The notes: generated by a model from the letters alone, not told the origin. Shown: positions 37,803-48,036, numbered from the stretch's first letter. The stretch is DNA of 61,040 bases from Candidatus Undinarchaeota archaeon (GCA_964574035.1 CAZNLD010000006.1:1-61040), one strand, 5' to 3'. Numbers and translations: made by a program.

Positions 37803-39410
37803 ATGAAAAATAAAACAACTATGTTTATTTTTGGAATTACTGCATTTATTATTTTATCAGCAGGAGTTTTAGGCTTGAGTCCTCAAGTATCATTAAAATC
37901 TCCAAAACAGGACGCTTATATTTATGAAAATGTTTCCAATTTCACTTTTTCAGTGGGGAGGATATCAGAAGTGGAGTGGTGCAGGCTTCATTTCAATGAT
38001 TCCATTTTCAAAATTAAAACCAATGCCACTGCAAATGAAACAAATACTTTCTATAATGTAACTCTCCAAAACGGTACGTGGGAATGGCATGTTGAATGTA
38101 TGGATAATTATTCAAATATAGCTGTGTCTTCTAACCGGACGGTTTATGTTCAGATAGATAGAAAAGAACCTACTATTTATGCTTATCAGATTAACAGCAC
38201 TGCAAACGGAACCGGTTATTCCTGGTTTAGATTTAAGGCAATTGATACTGCTTCAGATATAGATTTCTGCGAACTGATACTAGACGGGGAAGTGAATGCA
38301 ACGAAAGGAACAATATATAATAATTCCGAAATGTCCTTTTCTTTAAATTTATCCAGAGGTGACCATATCTGGAAAGTAAATTGTACGGATGATATGGGGA
38401 ATGAAGGAGAAAGCAATCTTGCACTAATTGAGGTCGATTTTACTCCTGCAATAAGCATTTTGGGCCCTGAAAATAATACGAGAGTTTATGACGAAAATGT
38501 CAATTTTACATATACTCCTGTAAGTTATGAAGAACTTTCTTCCTGTGTCTTAATGCTTAATAAATCAATTGATGTCCAGGGAAAGAAAATTGACAGAGGC
38601 AAACCCTATTATATTTACAACGAAAGCGATTCAGGTGTTGAAAATAACACTGAAAATTATTTTAGAAATGTTCCTTTAACAAACGGGACCTGGCTCTGGA
38701 AAGTAAACTGCAGTGATGTTAGTGGAAACAGCGGAGCGTCAAAAATGAGGAATCTTTCAGTCTGGCTTCAACTCCCTGCTTCCAGCATTACTAAAGTTAC
38801 TTTGAATTCTCCTTCGGACGGAGGAACGGATACAGATGGAATTGTTACTTTCAATTATACTCCCAGCGAAGCAGCTGAAATAGAGAGCTGTGTCCTCCTT
38901 ACAAACGGAAGCACGAGAATGAAGGATAAGAGTGTAGGGAGTGGAAGAGTAAATTCTTTTGAAAATGTTGAACTTTCAAATGGAAAATGGGATTGGGCGG
39001 TTTCATGCAGTGATGTTTATGGGGGCTCATATGCTACTAATGAAAGAACTCTTTTCGTGGAAAGAGAAACTGCAGAAATTCCTCCTGCTCAAACAGAAGA
39101 ACCAGATTTGGAAAATGAATCACTGCCTCCGTTGGCCGGAGAACAATCATATGTACTGGCAGCAGTTGCTTTTCTTTCAATAATTATCATTTTCCTTGTT
39201 TTACTTATACATGAAGATACAAGATATCATATACTTGGGAAGTATTTCACTGAAAAAGAATTTACGGAGTTGGAAAAATACATAAATGAGCACTTAGATA
39301 AAGGGTTCAGCGAAAAAGAGATTGAAGAGCAGTTGAAGGAATTCAACTGGGATCCTGATAAAATCAGATCCGCTTTTTCAAGAATTAGAGAGAAACGTGG
39401 AGAAGCATAA
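37803..39410 (+). CDS. secreted/surface glycoprotein with four Ig-like repeats
   Basis: Signal peptide; repeated C-x-L...NG-x-W-x-W-x-V-x-C-x-D units; many N-x-S/T sequons; C-terminal TM. Confidence 0.8.
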   Translation: MKNKTTMFIFGITAFIILSAGVLGLSPQVSLKSPKQDAYIYENVSNFTFSVGRISEVEWCRLHFNDSIFKIKTNATANETNTFYNVTLQNGTWEWHVECMDNYSNIAVSSNRTVYVQIDRKEPTIYAYQINSTANGTGYSWFRFKAIDTASDIDFCELILDGEVNATKGTIYNNSEMSFSLNLSRGDHIWKVNCTDDMGNEGESNLALIEVDFTPAISILGPENNTRVYDENVNFTYTPVSYEELSSCVLMLNKSIDVQGKKIDRGKPYYIYNESDSGVENNTENYFRNVPLTNGTWLWKVNCSDVSGNSGASKMRNLSVWLQLPASSITKVTLNSPSDGGTDTDGIVTFNYTPSEAAEIESCVLLTNGSTRMKDKSVGSGRVNSFENVELSNGKWDWAVSCSDVYGGSYATNERTLFVERETAEIPPAQTEEPDLENESLPPLAGEQSYVLAAVAFLSIIIIFLVLLIHEDTRYHILGKYFTEKEFTELEKYINEHLDKGFSEKEIEEQLKEFNWDPDKIRSAFSRIREKRGEA

Positions 39411-39413
39411 ATT

Positions 39414-39497
39414 GCGGGGGTGGCGGAGCGGCCAAACGTGCAAGGTTGAGGGCCTTGTGTCTTAGTGACTTCGCGAGTTCGAATCTCGTCCCCCGCA
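39414..39497 (+). tRNA. tRNA-Leu(GAG)
   Basis: GCGGGGG acceptor stem, CAAGG-TTGAGGG-CCTTG anticodon arm, variable arm, GTTCGAATC. Confidence 0.95.
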
Positions 39498-39498
39498 T

Positions 39499-39625
39499 TA
39501 ATCGTAAATGGATTTGTTCGTAGCGGGCAGCTGCTAGTGAGGCAGAACACCTCTTAAAAATAATCAAAAGCTGCCAAGTATGCACCGAACCATTAACCAT
39601 AAACCAATAACCATTAACCATTAAT
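39499..39625 (-). repeat. heptamer-flanked dispersed element (inverted copy of 49459-49585)
   Basis: About 100 bp with roughly 10 differences (manual count) from the reverse complement of 49460-49560; AACCATT/AACCATA 7-mers. Confidence 0.85.
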
Positions 39626-39629
39626 TATA

Positions 39630-39836
39630 ATGACAAAGAAAGCAAAAAAACTATATAGGTCAAGAAAAGACAGAAAGCTTGCAGGAGTCTGCGGAGGCCT
39701 TGCAGAGTATTTAGATTTAGACCCTACTCTTGTCAGAGTGGGCTGGATTATTTTTACTCTTTTTTTCGGCGGAGGTCTGCTTGCATATATACTTCTTTGG
39801 CTTATAATTCCTGAAAAACCAAAGAAAAAGAAATGA
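39630..39836 (+). CDS. pspC: PspC domain protein
   Basis: KLYRSRKDRKLAGVCGGLAEYL, LAYILLWLIIP. Confidence 0.92.
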   Translation: MTKKAKKLYRSRKDRKLAGVCGGLAEYLDLDPTLVRVGWIIFTLFFGGGLLAYILLWLIIPEKPKKKK

Positions 39837-40189
39837 AAGCATCTGTCAAGACAAAGAACTTTGAAACAGAGTGCAGAGTTGCTCTGACAGAGTGGCAGAA
39901 ATTCAAAGGATTAATGCTCAAAAAAGAAATTAAGCCGCTTCTTTTTGTTTTTGATAAAGAGAAAAGATATGCTTTTCATACTTTTTTCATGCTGGACGAA
40001 ATTGGGATTATTTTTATTAGTAAAGATAAAAAAATAGTTGAAAAAAAACTTATTAGACCATTCAAATTATTCATGAAGCCAAAAAATAAAGCAAAGTATG
40101 TTCTTGAGATTCCTTCAAATTATTTAGATAAATTTAAGACAGGCGAAAAAATAAAAATCAATTTTGACAGTGAGTATATTCAAAATTAA
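39833..40189 (+). CDS. DUF192 family protein
   Basis: KGLM, LLFVF, FHTFFM, AKYVLEI. Confidence 0.85.
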   Translation: MKASVKTKNFETECRVALTEWQKFKGLMLKKEIKPLLFVFDKEKRYAFHTFFMLDEIGIIFISKDKKIVEKKLIRPFKLFMKPKNKAKYVLEIPSNYLDKFKTGEKIKINFDSEYIQN

Positions 40190-40476
40190 ATAATTATAAC
40201 TAAACCAACATCTTCCCATAAATAACTTAAAAACTGTTCAATTTCTTTCTTTTTCCCCTTTCCTTTGCAGATTATTATTCCGCCTTCTTGTTCTAATTCT
40301 ATATCTATTCCTATTTTTTCCGCCTGTTTTCGTATTAACGGCCCCATTACCATTAATTCTGCAGCATCAAGCTTGTCTTTATTTAAATAAGCAAGTCTAA
40401 ACGCAAATTTAGTTTTAAAATGTTCTGATATGAATGCTGCAAATTTTCTCCTTAATTCTTTTATATTGTGCTCCAT
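40186..40476 (-). CDS. hypothetical protein
   Basis: 96-aa ORF convergent with the DUF192 gene. Confidence 0.55.
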   Translation of the reverse strand: MEHNIKELRRKFAAFISEHFKTKFAFRLAYLNKDKLDAAELMVMGPLIRKQAEKIGIDIELEQEGGIIICKGKGKKKEIEQFLSYLWEDVGLVIII

Positions 40477-40551
40477 AAAGTTGATAATGAATTACAGATA
40501 TATGAACCTTCTGCCGAAACTCATTTAAATAGGCACGATAAAAATTGGTTT

Positions 40552-42276
40552 ATGATTGAAAGTATATTCTTTGAAATTGGCATGGTCGTTCTAATAGCAC
40601 TTGGTTTTTCTGCATTAATGAGGGTTCTCAAGCAGCCGCTTATCATAGGCTATATATTAACAGGTATCGTTGTAGGTCCTTATTTCTTAAATGCAATACA
40701 GCACCAGTTGAGTTTGGAAATTTTTTCGTACCTGGGAATTTCATTTTTGCTTTTTATTGGGGGTCTCAGCTTAAAACCTAAACTAATAAAAAGTGTTGGA
40801 AAAATTGCTCTTGCAACCGGAATTGGACAAATGGTTCTTACATTTACTCCTGCCTATTTTATTTCTAAATATTATGGCTTTTCAACAATTGCCTCAATTT
40901 ACATTGGATTTGCAATGGCTTTCAGTAGTACAATTATAATTGTAAAACTATTATCAGACAAAAATAATTTGGAATCTCTGCATGGAAGAATTGCAATAGG
41001 TCTCTTAATTATACAGGATATCGCAGCAATTATGGTTTTAATGGCAGTTTCTTCTTTTTCAGGAGACCTTACTACAATTGGGATAACTATTGATAATATA
41101 TTAAAAGGGGTCGGAATGCTTACCATAATTACTCTGTTCAGCTTCTTTGTTCTTCCTAAACTGCATGAAAAAATAGCAAAATCCCAGGAATTTCTCCTTC
41201 TTTTTGCAATTGGCTGGCTTTTACTAATAACTTATATCTTCAAATACATGGGCTTTTCAATTGAAATTGGAGCTTTAATTGCAGGAGTTATGCTTGCTTC
41301 CTCTCCTTATTCATACGAAATATCTTCAAAAATGAAAATTTTAAGAAACTTTTTCCTTCTATTCTTCTTTGTGTTTCTTGGAACTCAAATGACTTTTATC
41401 CATATACAAACATATATCGTTCCAATAATCCTCTTTTCTCTTTTAGTTTTAATAGGTATACCAGTAATAATTTCAGCTATTATGGGATTTTTCGGTTATG
41501 CTAAGAGAATATTTTTCCTTACAGGGATATCTGTTGCCCAGATAAGTGAGTTTTCATTTATTTTGGTGGCATTGGGAGTAACATTAGGACATGTTGATGC
41601 AACTCTCCTCTCAATGGTTACTGCTGTCGGACTAATAACTTTTGTAGGTTCAGCATATATGGTTGAGCAGTCTGAAACATTGTACAAGTACTTAAAGAAA
41701 CCTTTGAAAATATTTGAAAGAAAAGGCCCAAAAGCAAAAGGAAGTTCTTTAGATCATACAGATCATTCTCATGATGTCATTATGTTTGGATGCAACAGAA
41801 TTGGAGATTCGTTAAGAAAATCTCTTGTAAAGCTGAAAAAGAGTTTCCTTATTGTTGATTTCAATCCAGATGTTATAAATAAACTTAATGAAGAAGGGTA
41901 TCATTGCAAATACGGAGATGCAAATGACCTAGAACTTTTAGATAGCATTAACTTTAAAGATGTAGAAATGGTGATTTCCACAATTCCAGATGTAGAAACC
42001 AATTTGCTTTTATTAAAATACGTAAGGGAGCGAAATAGAGACTGCGTAATAATCATGGTTTCGCATCACATAGATGAAGCTTTAAAACTTCATCAGTACG
42101 GTGCAACATATGTTCTTATGCCTTATTTCCTTGGAGCTCAGTATGCATCAACGCTAATAGAACAAAATGGAATTGATATCTCTAACTTTGTGAAACACAA
42201 AATAGAGCAAATAAAAGAACTAAATCAAAGAAAAGAAAAAGATCATAAACATCCTAAGAGAGAAGGAGATCGTTAA
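40552..42276 (+). CDS. CPA2 cation:proton antiporter with TrkA-N/RCK domain (Kef-like)
   Basis: KQPLIIGYILTG, FSSTIII, LIIQDI, QISEFSF, GCNRIG, YGDA. Confidence 0.92.
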   Translation: MIESIFFEIGMVVLIALGFSALMRVLKQPLIIGYILTGIVVGPYFLNAIQHQLSLEIFSYLGISFLLFIGGLSLKPKLIKSVGKIALATGIGQMVLTFTPAYFISKYYGFSTIASIYIGFAMAFSSTIIIVKLLSDKNNLESLHGRIAIGLLIIQDIAAIMVLMAVSSFSGDLTTIGITIDNILKGVGMLTIITLFSFFVLPKLHEKIAKSQEFLLLFAIGWLLLITYIFKYMGFSIEIGALIAGVMLASSPYSYEISSKMKILRNFFLLFFFVFLGTQMTFIHIQTYIVPIILFSLLVLIGIPVIISAIMGFFGYAKRIFFLTGISVAQISEFSFILVALGVTLGHVDATLLSMVTAVGLITFVGSAYMVEQSETLYKYLKKPLKIFERKGPKAKGSSLDHTDHSHDVIMFGCNRIGDSLRKSLVKLKKSFLIVDFNPDVINKLNEEGYHCKYGDANDLELLDSINFKDVEMVISTIPDVETNLLLLKYVRERNRDCVIIMVSHHIDEALKLHQYGATYVLMPYFLGAQYASTLIEQNGIDISNFVKHKIEQIKELNQRKEKDHKHPKREGDR

Positions 42277-42318
42277 ATTACATCAGTTTAAACGAAGAAA
42301 TTCAAACTTATTAAAACT

Positions 42319-42921
42319 TTATTTAATTAACTTTTCAAATTTCTTTGCTTTTTCTTTAAGAATTTCTGCGCCTGCAATAACCATTTCTTTTGGTTTTAAT
42401 CCGCCGTGGCTTTCTACCTTAAAATTAATCTTTTCGGGTTTGTCATAACTGTAGCTTACAAGTCCCGGCTGCCACTTTGCATGGTCTTTGCCTTTGCCTA
42501 AGACCGCAATTGCTTCCAGTTTTATTTTACGATCTTTCTCTAATTTAGTGATTGGTATTTTTTCATCTACTGCTCCAAATTTTGCAGGTCCTTTTAAATC
42601 TCCGGAATATACTGTTGAAGGTCCTTTTTTAATTAAAGTGAACTTTACCTGGCATTTTGAACATCCTTCTCCTTTGCATTTGCAGTTTTCCGGTGTCTTC
42701 ATCCCGTTTATATCTCCTTCCAGCGGGACTAGTCCAAGTCTGTGTGCAATGAATTCATCATAGAGTCCCGAATCATTTTCAAAGAAGGTAACTTCATCTA
42801 TAGCCAGATTAGAGGCTTCTGTAAGTATAGCTCTTCTTAGTGCATTTGAAAACTTTTCACTTGAGTTTTCTAGAGTAAATTTAAGTTTCTTATCAGTTGA
42901 CTGTTTTATGTTAATTTTCAT
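42319..42921 (-). CDS. rpoD: DNA-directed RNA polymerase subunit D (Rpo3)
   Basis: NALRRAIL, DEFIAHRLGLVPL, GKGKDHAKWQP. Confidence 0.95.
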   Translation of the reverse strand: MKINIKQSTDKKLKFTLENSSEKFSNALRRAILTEASNLAIDEVTFFENDSGLYDEFIAHRLGLVPLEGDINGMKTPENCKCKGEGCSKCQVKFTLIKKGPSTVYSGDLKGPAKFGAVDEKIPITKLEKDRKIKLEAIAVLGKGKDHAKWQPGLVSYSYDKPEKINFKVESHGGLKPKEMVIAGAEILKEKAKKFEKLIK

Positions 42922-42926
42922 TATGA

Positions 42927-43331
42927 TTAAACTCTCCTTCCTCTCTTTCCACCTTTCTTTCTCATCTTTCCGTGGGGAATAGGAGTGACATCTTCTACTT
43001 TTTCAACCTTTAATCCGGATCTTGTCAAAGACCTAACGACCGATTTTGCTCCCGGACCGGTTGACTTTCCATTAGTCCCGCCGGGCGCTCTCAGTTTAAC
43101 GTCTACTTTTTTGAATCCTTTATCCAAAAGTTCTGATGCGATTTGTTTTGACATTTCCATTGCAGCAAAAGAGCTTGGTTTTTCTCTTCCACTTCTTACA
43201 ACCATTCCGCCGGATAAATTAAGAATTGTTTCAGCTCCGGTTACATCAGTAGCAGTCATAATCGTATTATTAAATGATGAATATACATTAATTATTGCTT
43301 TTTTGTTTTTTCTTCTGCTTTTTTTGTTCAT
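42927..43331 (-). CDS. rps11p: 30S ribosomal protein uS11
   Basis: SSFNNTIMTATDVTGAETI, GPGA, EDVTPIPH, GGKRGRRV. Confidence 0.96.
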   Translation of the reverse strand: MNKKSRRKNKKAIINVYSSFNNTIMTATDVTGAETILNLSGGMVVRSGREKPSSFAAMEMSKQIASELLDKGFKKVDVKLRAPGGTNGKSTGPGAKSVVRSLTRSGLKVEKVEDVTPIPHGKMRKKGGKRGRRV

Positions 43332-43993
43332 TCTGATTTTTCACCTTTTTCTTTCTCTTCTTTCTTCTCTTCTTTAGGTTCCTTTTCTTTTTCCTGTTCT
43401 TTCTCTTCATTTTTTCTCTTTTTTGATGTTTCCTGCTTTTCTTTTTCTCCAGATTTTTCAGATTTTTCTTTCTTTTTTTCTTTTGTCTTCTCAGCAGGCG
43501 CTTTCGGCTTCTTTTTCAGTGAAGGTCCTACATAAGTAATTGTCTCCTCTGTATCTATAGGAATAAGCGTTCTGGGTGCAGTATGTATCCTACCGTTTAA
43601 TTCAATATGTCCGTGAAGTATAAGCTGTCTGGCCTGTTTGGGGCTTTTTGCAATTCCTTTCTTGTAAACTAATGTCTGCAATGCTCTGTCAAGAAAGTTT
43701 TCAACTTTTAATGATAATACCTCTTCAAGGTCTGCGTTCTTGTTTAAAATACCTAAATCACTGAGCTTTTCAATTAGTTCTTCCTTCTTTTTTGCTTCCT
43801 CTCCGGAAACTTCTCCTACTAATTCTCTTGCAAGACTTCTGAACTTTTCAAGAGATTTTTCGGCTTTCCAGATTTCTTTCTTGGTTTTTAAGCCGTATCC
43901 TGAAATTAATTTATTTTCATCGTCAATTCTTGTTTTAATCCATGGATGCGACGGCGTCGAATATGATTTTCCTGTTTTTTTAGTGTCCCCCAT
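43328..43993 (-). CDS. rps4p: 30S ribosomal protein uS4 with a K/E-rich C-terminal tail
   Basis: MGD...TPSHPW, YGLKTKKEIW, LQTLVYKKG, ARQLILHGHI. Confidence 0.95.
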   Translation of the reverse strand: MGDTKKTGKSYSTPSHPWIKTRIDDENKLISGYGLKTKKEIWKAEKSLEKFRSLARELVGEVSGEEAKKKEELIEKLSDLGILNKNADLEEVLSLKVENFLDRALQTLVYKKGIAKSPKQARQLILHGHIELNGRIHTAPRTLIPIDTEETITYVGPSLKKKPKAPAEKTKEKKKEKSEKSGEKEKQETSKKRKNEEKEQEKEKEPKEEKKEEKEKGEKSE

Positions 43994-43995
43994 GA

Positions 43996-44520
43996 TTACT
44001 TACCTTCACCGGGGCCTGCTCCGCCCACTTTTTTCTTTCTTTTTACACCTACACTGCTTTCCTTTCTTCCGGTGCTCTTTGTCTTCTGTCCTCTAACCTT
44101 TAATCCATGCATGTGTCTTACTCCCTTATAGCTCTTAATTTTCTTCATTCTTTCAAGGTCTTCTCTCTTTGAGAGCATTAAGTCTGCTTCAAAATTATGG
44201 GTGTCTACTCCTGTTTTAAAATCTTTTCTTCTGTTTAAAAGCCATGCAGGCAGCTTCTGTTCGTAAATATTTTCAAGAATTTTTTCAATTTTTTCAATTT
44301 CGTTGTCTTTCAGTTCGGAAAGTTTTTTGTTTTTATCAATGCCTGATTTAATTCTGACTGCTCTTGCAAGCATGAAGTTAATCCCTGTAATTCCTCTTAT
44401 ACCTCTTTCTAGAGAATGGTCTCCATTAAGGTCCTTCTTCATAATTCGGACGATATTTCTTCTTTTTTCTTTTGGTTTTCCTTTCGGAGAACTCTGTTTG
44501 TTTGAATTATCTTTTGCCAT
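43996..44520 (-). CDS. rps13p: 30S ribosomal protein uS13
   Basis: PAWLLNRRKD, SYKGVRH, VRGQKTKSTGR. Confidence 0.96.
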   Translation of the reverse strand: MAKDNSNKQSSPKGKPKEKRRNIVRIMKKDLNGDHSLERGIRGITGINFMLARAVRIKSGIDKNKKLSELKDNEIEKIEKILENIYEQKLPAWLLNRRKDFKTGVDTHNFEADLMLSKREDLERMKKIKSYKGVRHMHGLKVRGQKTKSTGRKESSVGVKRKKKVGGAGPGEGK

Positions 44521-44601
44521 TCTATAACGTGCTGTTTCTTTTCGTTTAAGTTATTTATAAAGACTTTGCTTATATTATTAAGAAGTATTAGTCCAGTTTG
44601 T

Positions 44602-44823
44602 TTATTTTTTTCTGTATTTTTCGGCCATTTCACTAATTTTTTGTGCTTCTTCGCCTTCATAGTCCTCTTCAGAAAGCATTAACAGTGCAGTTGTGTTTCT
44701 GCCCACTGCTCTTATCAGTCCTGTTTCGATACTTTCACTGCTTTCTCCGGCATAATCTGAACAAAGTTGAGCAAATGCATCAAACATGCTGTCAATTGCT
44801 TTTTTGGTTAATCTCTTTGCCAT
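44602..44823 (-). CDS. small hypothetical protein
   Basis: 73-aa ORF co-oriented with its neighbours; upstream TATA-like TTTATATA. Confidence 0.55.
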   Translation of the reverse strand: MAKRLTKKAIDSMFDAFAQLCSDYAGESSESIETGLIRAVGRNTTALLMLSEEDYEGEEAQKISEMAEKYRKK

Positions 44824-44854
44824 GTTGTTAATATGATTTTAAAACTATATAAAT

Positions 44855-45511
44855 TTAAGGCTCTTTTGGACCGAGCATTTCAAATCTGGTTCTTATATCC
44901 TGTATTCTTGCCTCGATTTCCGGCCATTCATCCAGTTTTAGTAAACTGTATGCAACTGATAAATGAGGAAGCTCTTCATTGAATATAATTCTAACAATAA
45001 AAATAGCCATATCATTCAGATTTTCCGCAGCGTTTCCAACTTTTGTTTTATGCGGATCTTCAAGTTTAACTGCTTTTTTTATTGCACTTTTACTTGTTGA
45101 AAGTATATTTTGAAGTATATTCAGCTGATGCTCAATCGCATTTCCTATAACAAGCTCGTTTTCCATTTCTTCCTGAAGTTCTTCCTCGCTTTTTCCTTTG
45201 TATTTTTCAACAAGCTCAGTTATTTTAATTTCCTTTTTTACCGAATTTAGGAGGTCTTTTGTTTCTTCTTTTAATCTTTTAACATCAGAAATAAGCTTCT
45301 CATCCTCTGTTTTAATATCTTTAAGAACCTTATCAAGTTTTTCAATTTCATTTTCCGGTTTTGTTTCCGTGATTTCCGGGATTTTTCCTTCAATTAGGTC
45401 CTCTTTCTTCTTAATTGCCGCTTTTACTTTTTTAATATGATTCAGAATAGCTTTGGTGTCTTCATCGCCGAGATCTTCCAGCATATCTTCTTTAATTCCA
45501 GGCAGTTTCAT
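44855..45511 (-). CDS. hypothetical coiled-coil protein
   Basis: 218-aa E/K-rich ORF downstream of ftsY. Confidence 0.65.
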   Translation of the reverse strand: MKLPGIKEDMLEDLGDEDTKAILNHIKKVKAAIKKKEDLIEGKIPEITETKPENEIEKLDKVLKDIKTEDEKLISDVKRLKEETKDLLNSVKKEIKITELVEKYKGKSEEELQEEMENELVIGNAIEHQLNILQNILSTSKSAIKKAVKLEDPHKTKVGNAAENLNDMAIFIVRIIFNEELPHLSVAYSLLKLDEWPEIEARIQDIRTRFEMLGPKEP

Positions 45512-45535
45512 TTTAGAAAAATAGTAATTTAAAAT

Positions 45536-46609
45536 TTAAATACTTTGGCTATTTGAAAAAACTTTTGAAATGAACCAGTTTGGAGTAAATTCAATCATAT
45601 CATCATATCCCTGTCCTGTACCAAGATAAAGTATGGGTCCTTCAGTTACATGAGCTACGCTTAAACAGGCGCCCCCTTTTGCATCAGTATCTATTTTAGT
45701 TAAAACTGAACCGTCTATTCCAACTGCTTCTTCAAAGGACCTTGCTTGTTCTGCAGCATCATTTCCTGTTAATGCATCTCCTATGAATAGTTTTAAACTA
45801 GGGTTGTTTACTCTGACTACTTTTTTTAATTCGTCCATTAGGTTTATGTTTGTGCTTGCTCTTCCTGCCGTATCTGCAAGAACTACATCAATTCCTTTTG
45901 ATTTTGCATGCTCTATTGCATCATATATTACAGCAGCTGAGTCAGCTCCTCTGTGCTGTTTAATTATTGGAACATCGACCGCTTTTGCATGCTCTTCCAG
46001 CTGTTCAATTGCTGCAGCTCTAAAAGTATCTCCTGCTGCTAAAACAACTGAATATCCTTTGTCTTTTAAGAGTCTGGCAAATTTGCCTATAGTCATGGTT
46101 TTTCCGGTTCCGTTGAAACCGAAGAAAATAATTAAATAAGGATCTTCTTTTTCATCAATTTCCTTGAAAATGTCCGGTTTTTCCTCAGATAAAATGTTTT
46201 TAATACTCTCTTTTAATGAATCTTTAATCTTATCTGAAATCTTTCTTCTTGAAACCCGTTTTCCTTCTAAATCAGATTTAATGTCGGAAGTAATCTGTTC
46301 TGCAACTTCTTTTGCAACATCATTTTCCAAAAGTGCAATTTCTAATTCCCATAGAATCGGCTCCAGGTCTTTTTCAGAAAACTGTTTTTTAGAAATCTTT
46401 GAAATAATTGAAGTTTTTTTGTCAGTGGTTTGTGGTTTGTCGTCAGTCGTTTTCTCTTTTAGTTCAGCTTTTTTCTGAACCGGCTTCTGCTCGGGTTCGG
46501 GAACAGTTTCAAGTTTTTCTTCTATTCCGGAGCCTTCGGATTCAGCTTCCAGCTGTTCTTCAGATTTTTTCAGAAATCCCTTTAGCTTGCCTTTTAGATT
46601 TTCAAACAT
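45536..46609 (-). CDS. ftsY: signal recognition particle receptor FtsY
   Basis: [38 protein letters not shown]. Confidence 0.96.
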   Translation of the reverse strand: MFENLKGKLKGFLKKSEEQLEAESEGSGIEEKLETVPEPEQKPVQKKAELKEKTTDDKPQTTDKKTSIISKISKKQFSEKDLEPILWELEIALLENDVAKEVAEQITSDIKSDLEGKRVSRRKISDKIKDSLKESIKNILSEEKPDIFKEIDEKEDPYLIIFFGFNGTGKTMTIGKFARLLKDKGYSVVLAAGDTFRAAAIEQLEEHAKAVDVPIIKQHRGADSAAVIYDAIEHAKSKGIDVVLADTAGRASTNINLMDELKKVVRVNNPSLKLFIGDALTGNDAAEQARSFEEAVGIDGSVLTKIDTDAKGGACLSVAHVTEGPILYLGTGQGYDDMIEFTPNWFISKVFSNSQSI

Positions 46610-46616
46610 TTTGCAT

Positions 46617-47132
46617 TTACTGCTTGCCGGCTGCTTTCTGCTGCATTTCTGCCTGCAGTTTTCTTAATTCAGGTTCAAGTTCAGACATTCTTTTTTTGTA
46701 TTCTTCCAAACCGTTTTCAATTTGGCTGCTTGCATTTTCAAGATCTTCTATCTGTTCTTTGATAGTATCTACTGCGTCTGAAATCGGCTTTTCCATAATT
46801 ATGTCTGAGCCGACACCAGTAAGCGCATTTTCATTGTCCTTCAGAGTAGCTTTAAGATATACATTTCCTCCGATAGGAACCATGATGTCTGACTTGTCTT
46901 TTTTGTCAATACTTTTCAGAGTAGTCTTTGAAGTTTCAAGATTTTCGATTGTAGAAGTTATTGCCTGAAGTTCCTGTGAGAGCTGCTGGGTCTGTCTCTG
47001 TAAAATGTTGTATTCGACAAATTTGCTCTGTGCATTTTGTTCTTCTGATTTTTTGTCTTTAGAACTCTTTTTCTTTTCTTTCTTATTTTTTTTGTTCTTT
47101 ACTTTAATCTTCTTTTTACTTTTCTTTGTCAT
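46617..47132 (-). CDS. pfdA: prefoldin subunit alpha
   Basis: Coiled coils around [10 protein letters not shown]...[10 protein letters not shown] hairpins; conserved position before ftsY. Confidence 0.9.
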   Translation of the reverse strand: MTKKSKKKIKVKNKKNKKEKKKSSKDKKSEEQNAQSKFVEYNILQRQTQQLSQELQAITSTIENLETSKTTLKSIDKKDKSDIMVPIGGNVYLKATLKDNENALTGVGSDIIMEKPISDAVDTIKEQIEDLENASSQIENGLEEYKKRMSELEPELRKLQAEMQQKAAGKQ

Positions 47133-47307
47133 TTATTTTTTCAACCTTTATTTCTTTAATTTCCCTTCTTTTTACTTTGTGATTAGAACCAATAATTGAA
47201 TACATCTTTTCAAGAGCTCTTTCCTTGTTTTCTGCAGGAAATTTTTTTGAAAATATCTGCTTGAATCCTCTTTTATCAAAACTTCCGCTTATCTTGAATT
47301 TAGTCAT
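47116..47307 (-). CDS. rplX: 50S ribosomal protein eL20 (L18Ae/LX)
   Basis: ALEKMYSIIGSNHKVKR. Confidence 0.88.
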   Translation of the reverse strand: MTKFKISGSFDKRGFKQIFSKKFPAENKERALEKMYSIIGSNHKVKRREIKEIKVEKINDKEK

Positions 47308-47879
47308 TTGTGCAGTGAAACAAAAGCCCTTCCTTCATCATCTTTTTCTATCTTAACTCTTATCTTTTTAGGGGGCTTTTTCCTCCCTTTTTCCCATATA
47401 TGCTGATTTAATTCTTGTGTAAGTATAATTTCATCTGAATCTAAATGTCCTTTAACAAATTTTTTTAATTCCTGCACTGCTCTTGCAGTTCTTCTGTTTG
47501 AAGGAACCTTGTTTTTTCTGATTGGTACAGTGTAAACTCTTTCCATAACTGTTTCAGAAGGGGTTCTTCTTCCTCCACCTATCTCTTCCGGTTCTCCTTT
47601 GAGAGTTCCCTGTGCCTTCTCCATAATGGACTTGCTTTTGCCTCCTTTCTCGGCCTTTTTCTTGCCTGAAGGAGTCTGTCCTTTTTTCTCAGCTTTTTCT
47701 TCTTTTTCAGATTTTTTGCCTTTCTTTTTTTTGCTTTTCTTAGATTTCTTCTTTTTTTTGCTTTTTTTCCCCTTTTTGGACTTTGTTTTGGACTCTGAAT
47801 TAGCTTCTTCTTTAGCTTCTTCAAGAATTTCCTTTTCTATATCTTTCTTGCTCTTTTTGCTTTTCTTTTTCTTAGCCAT
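47304..47879 (-). CDS. rpl31e: 50S ribosomal protein eL31 with a long Lys-rich N-terminal extension
   Basis: ERVYTVPIR, RTARAV, LNQHIWEKG, PPKKIRVK in the C-terminal ~80 aa. Confidence 0.9.
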   Translation of the reverse strand: MAKKKKSKKSKKDIEKEILEEAKEEANSESKTKSKKGKKSKKKKKSKKSKKKKGKKSEKEEKAEKKGQTPSGKKKAEKGGKSKSIMEKAQGTLKGEPEEIGGGRRTPSETVMERVYTVPIRKNKVPSNRRTARAVQELKKFVKGHLDSDEIILTQELNQHIWEKGRKKPPKKIRVKIEKDDEGRAFVSLHK

Positions 47880-47880
47880 T

Positions 47881-48036
47881 TTAAGCCTTTAGATTGCTTC
47901 TTCTCCAGAACCTTCTCTTTGGATGACTTCTTACCTTTCTTTTAGTCTTCATAATAACCCAAAGAGGTACTATCTTGTTCTGTTTCTTCTTCTTTGCAAG
48001 CCGTTTTTTTAAATTTAAATGTTTATTTTTTGCCAT
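47881..48036 (-). CDS. rpl39e: 50S ribosomal protein eL39 (51 aa, not in the ORF track)
   Basis: Manual translation [51 protein letters not shown]. Confidence 0.95.
   Translation of the reverse strand: MAKNKHLNLKKRLAKKKKQNKIVPLWVIMKTKRKVRSHPKRRFWRRSNLKA

Noticed and set aside
39227-39621. ORFs 39227-39550, 39385-39621 and the similar 49454-49792
   Set aside because: They are translations of tRNA antisense sequence and of the dispersed repeat; their mutual similarity reflects the DNA repeat
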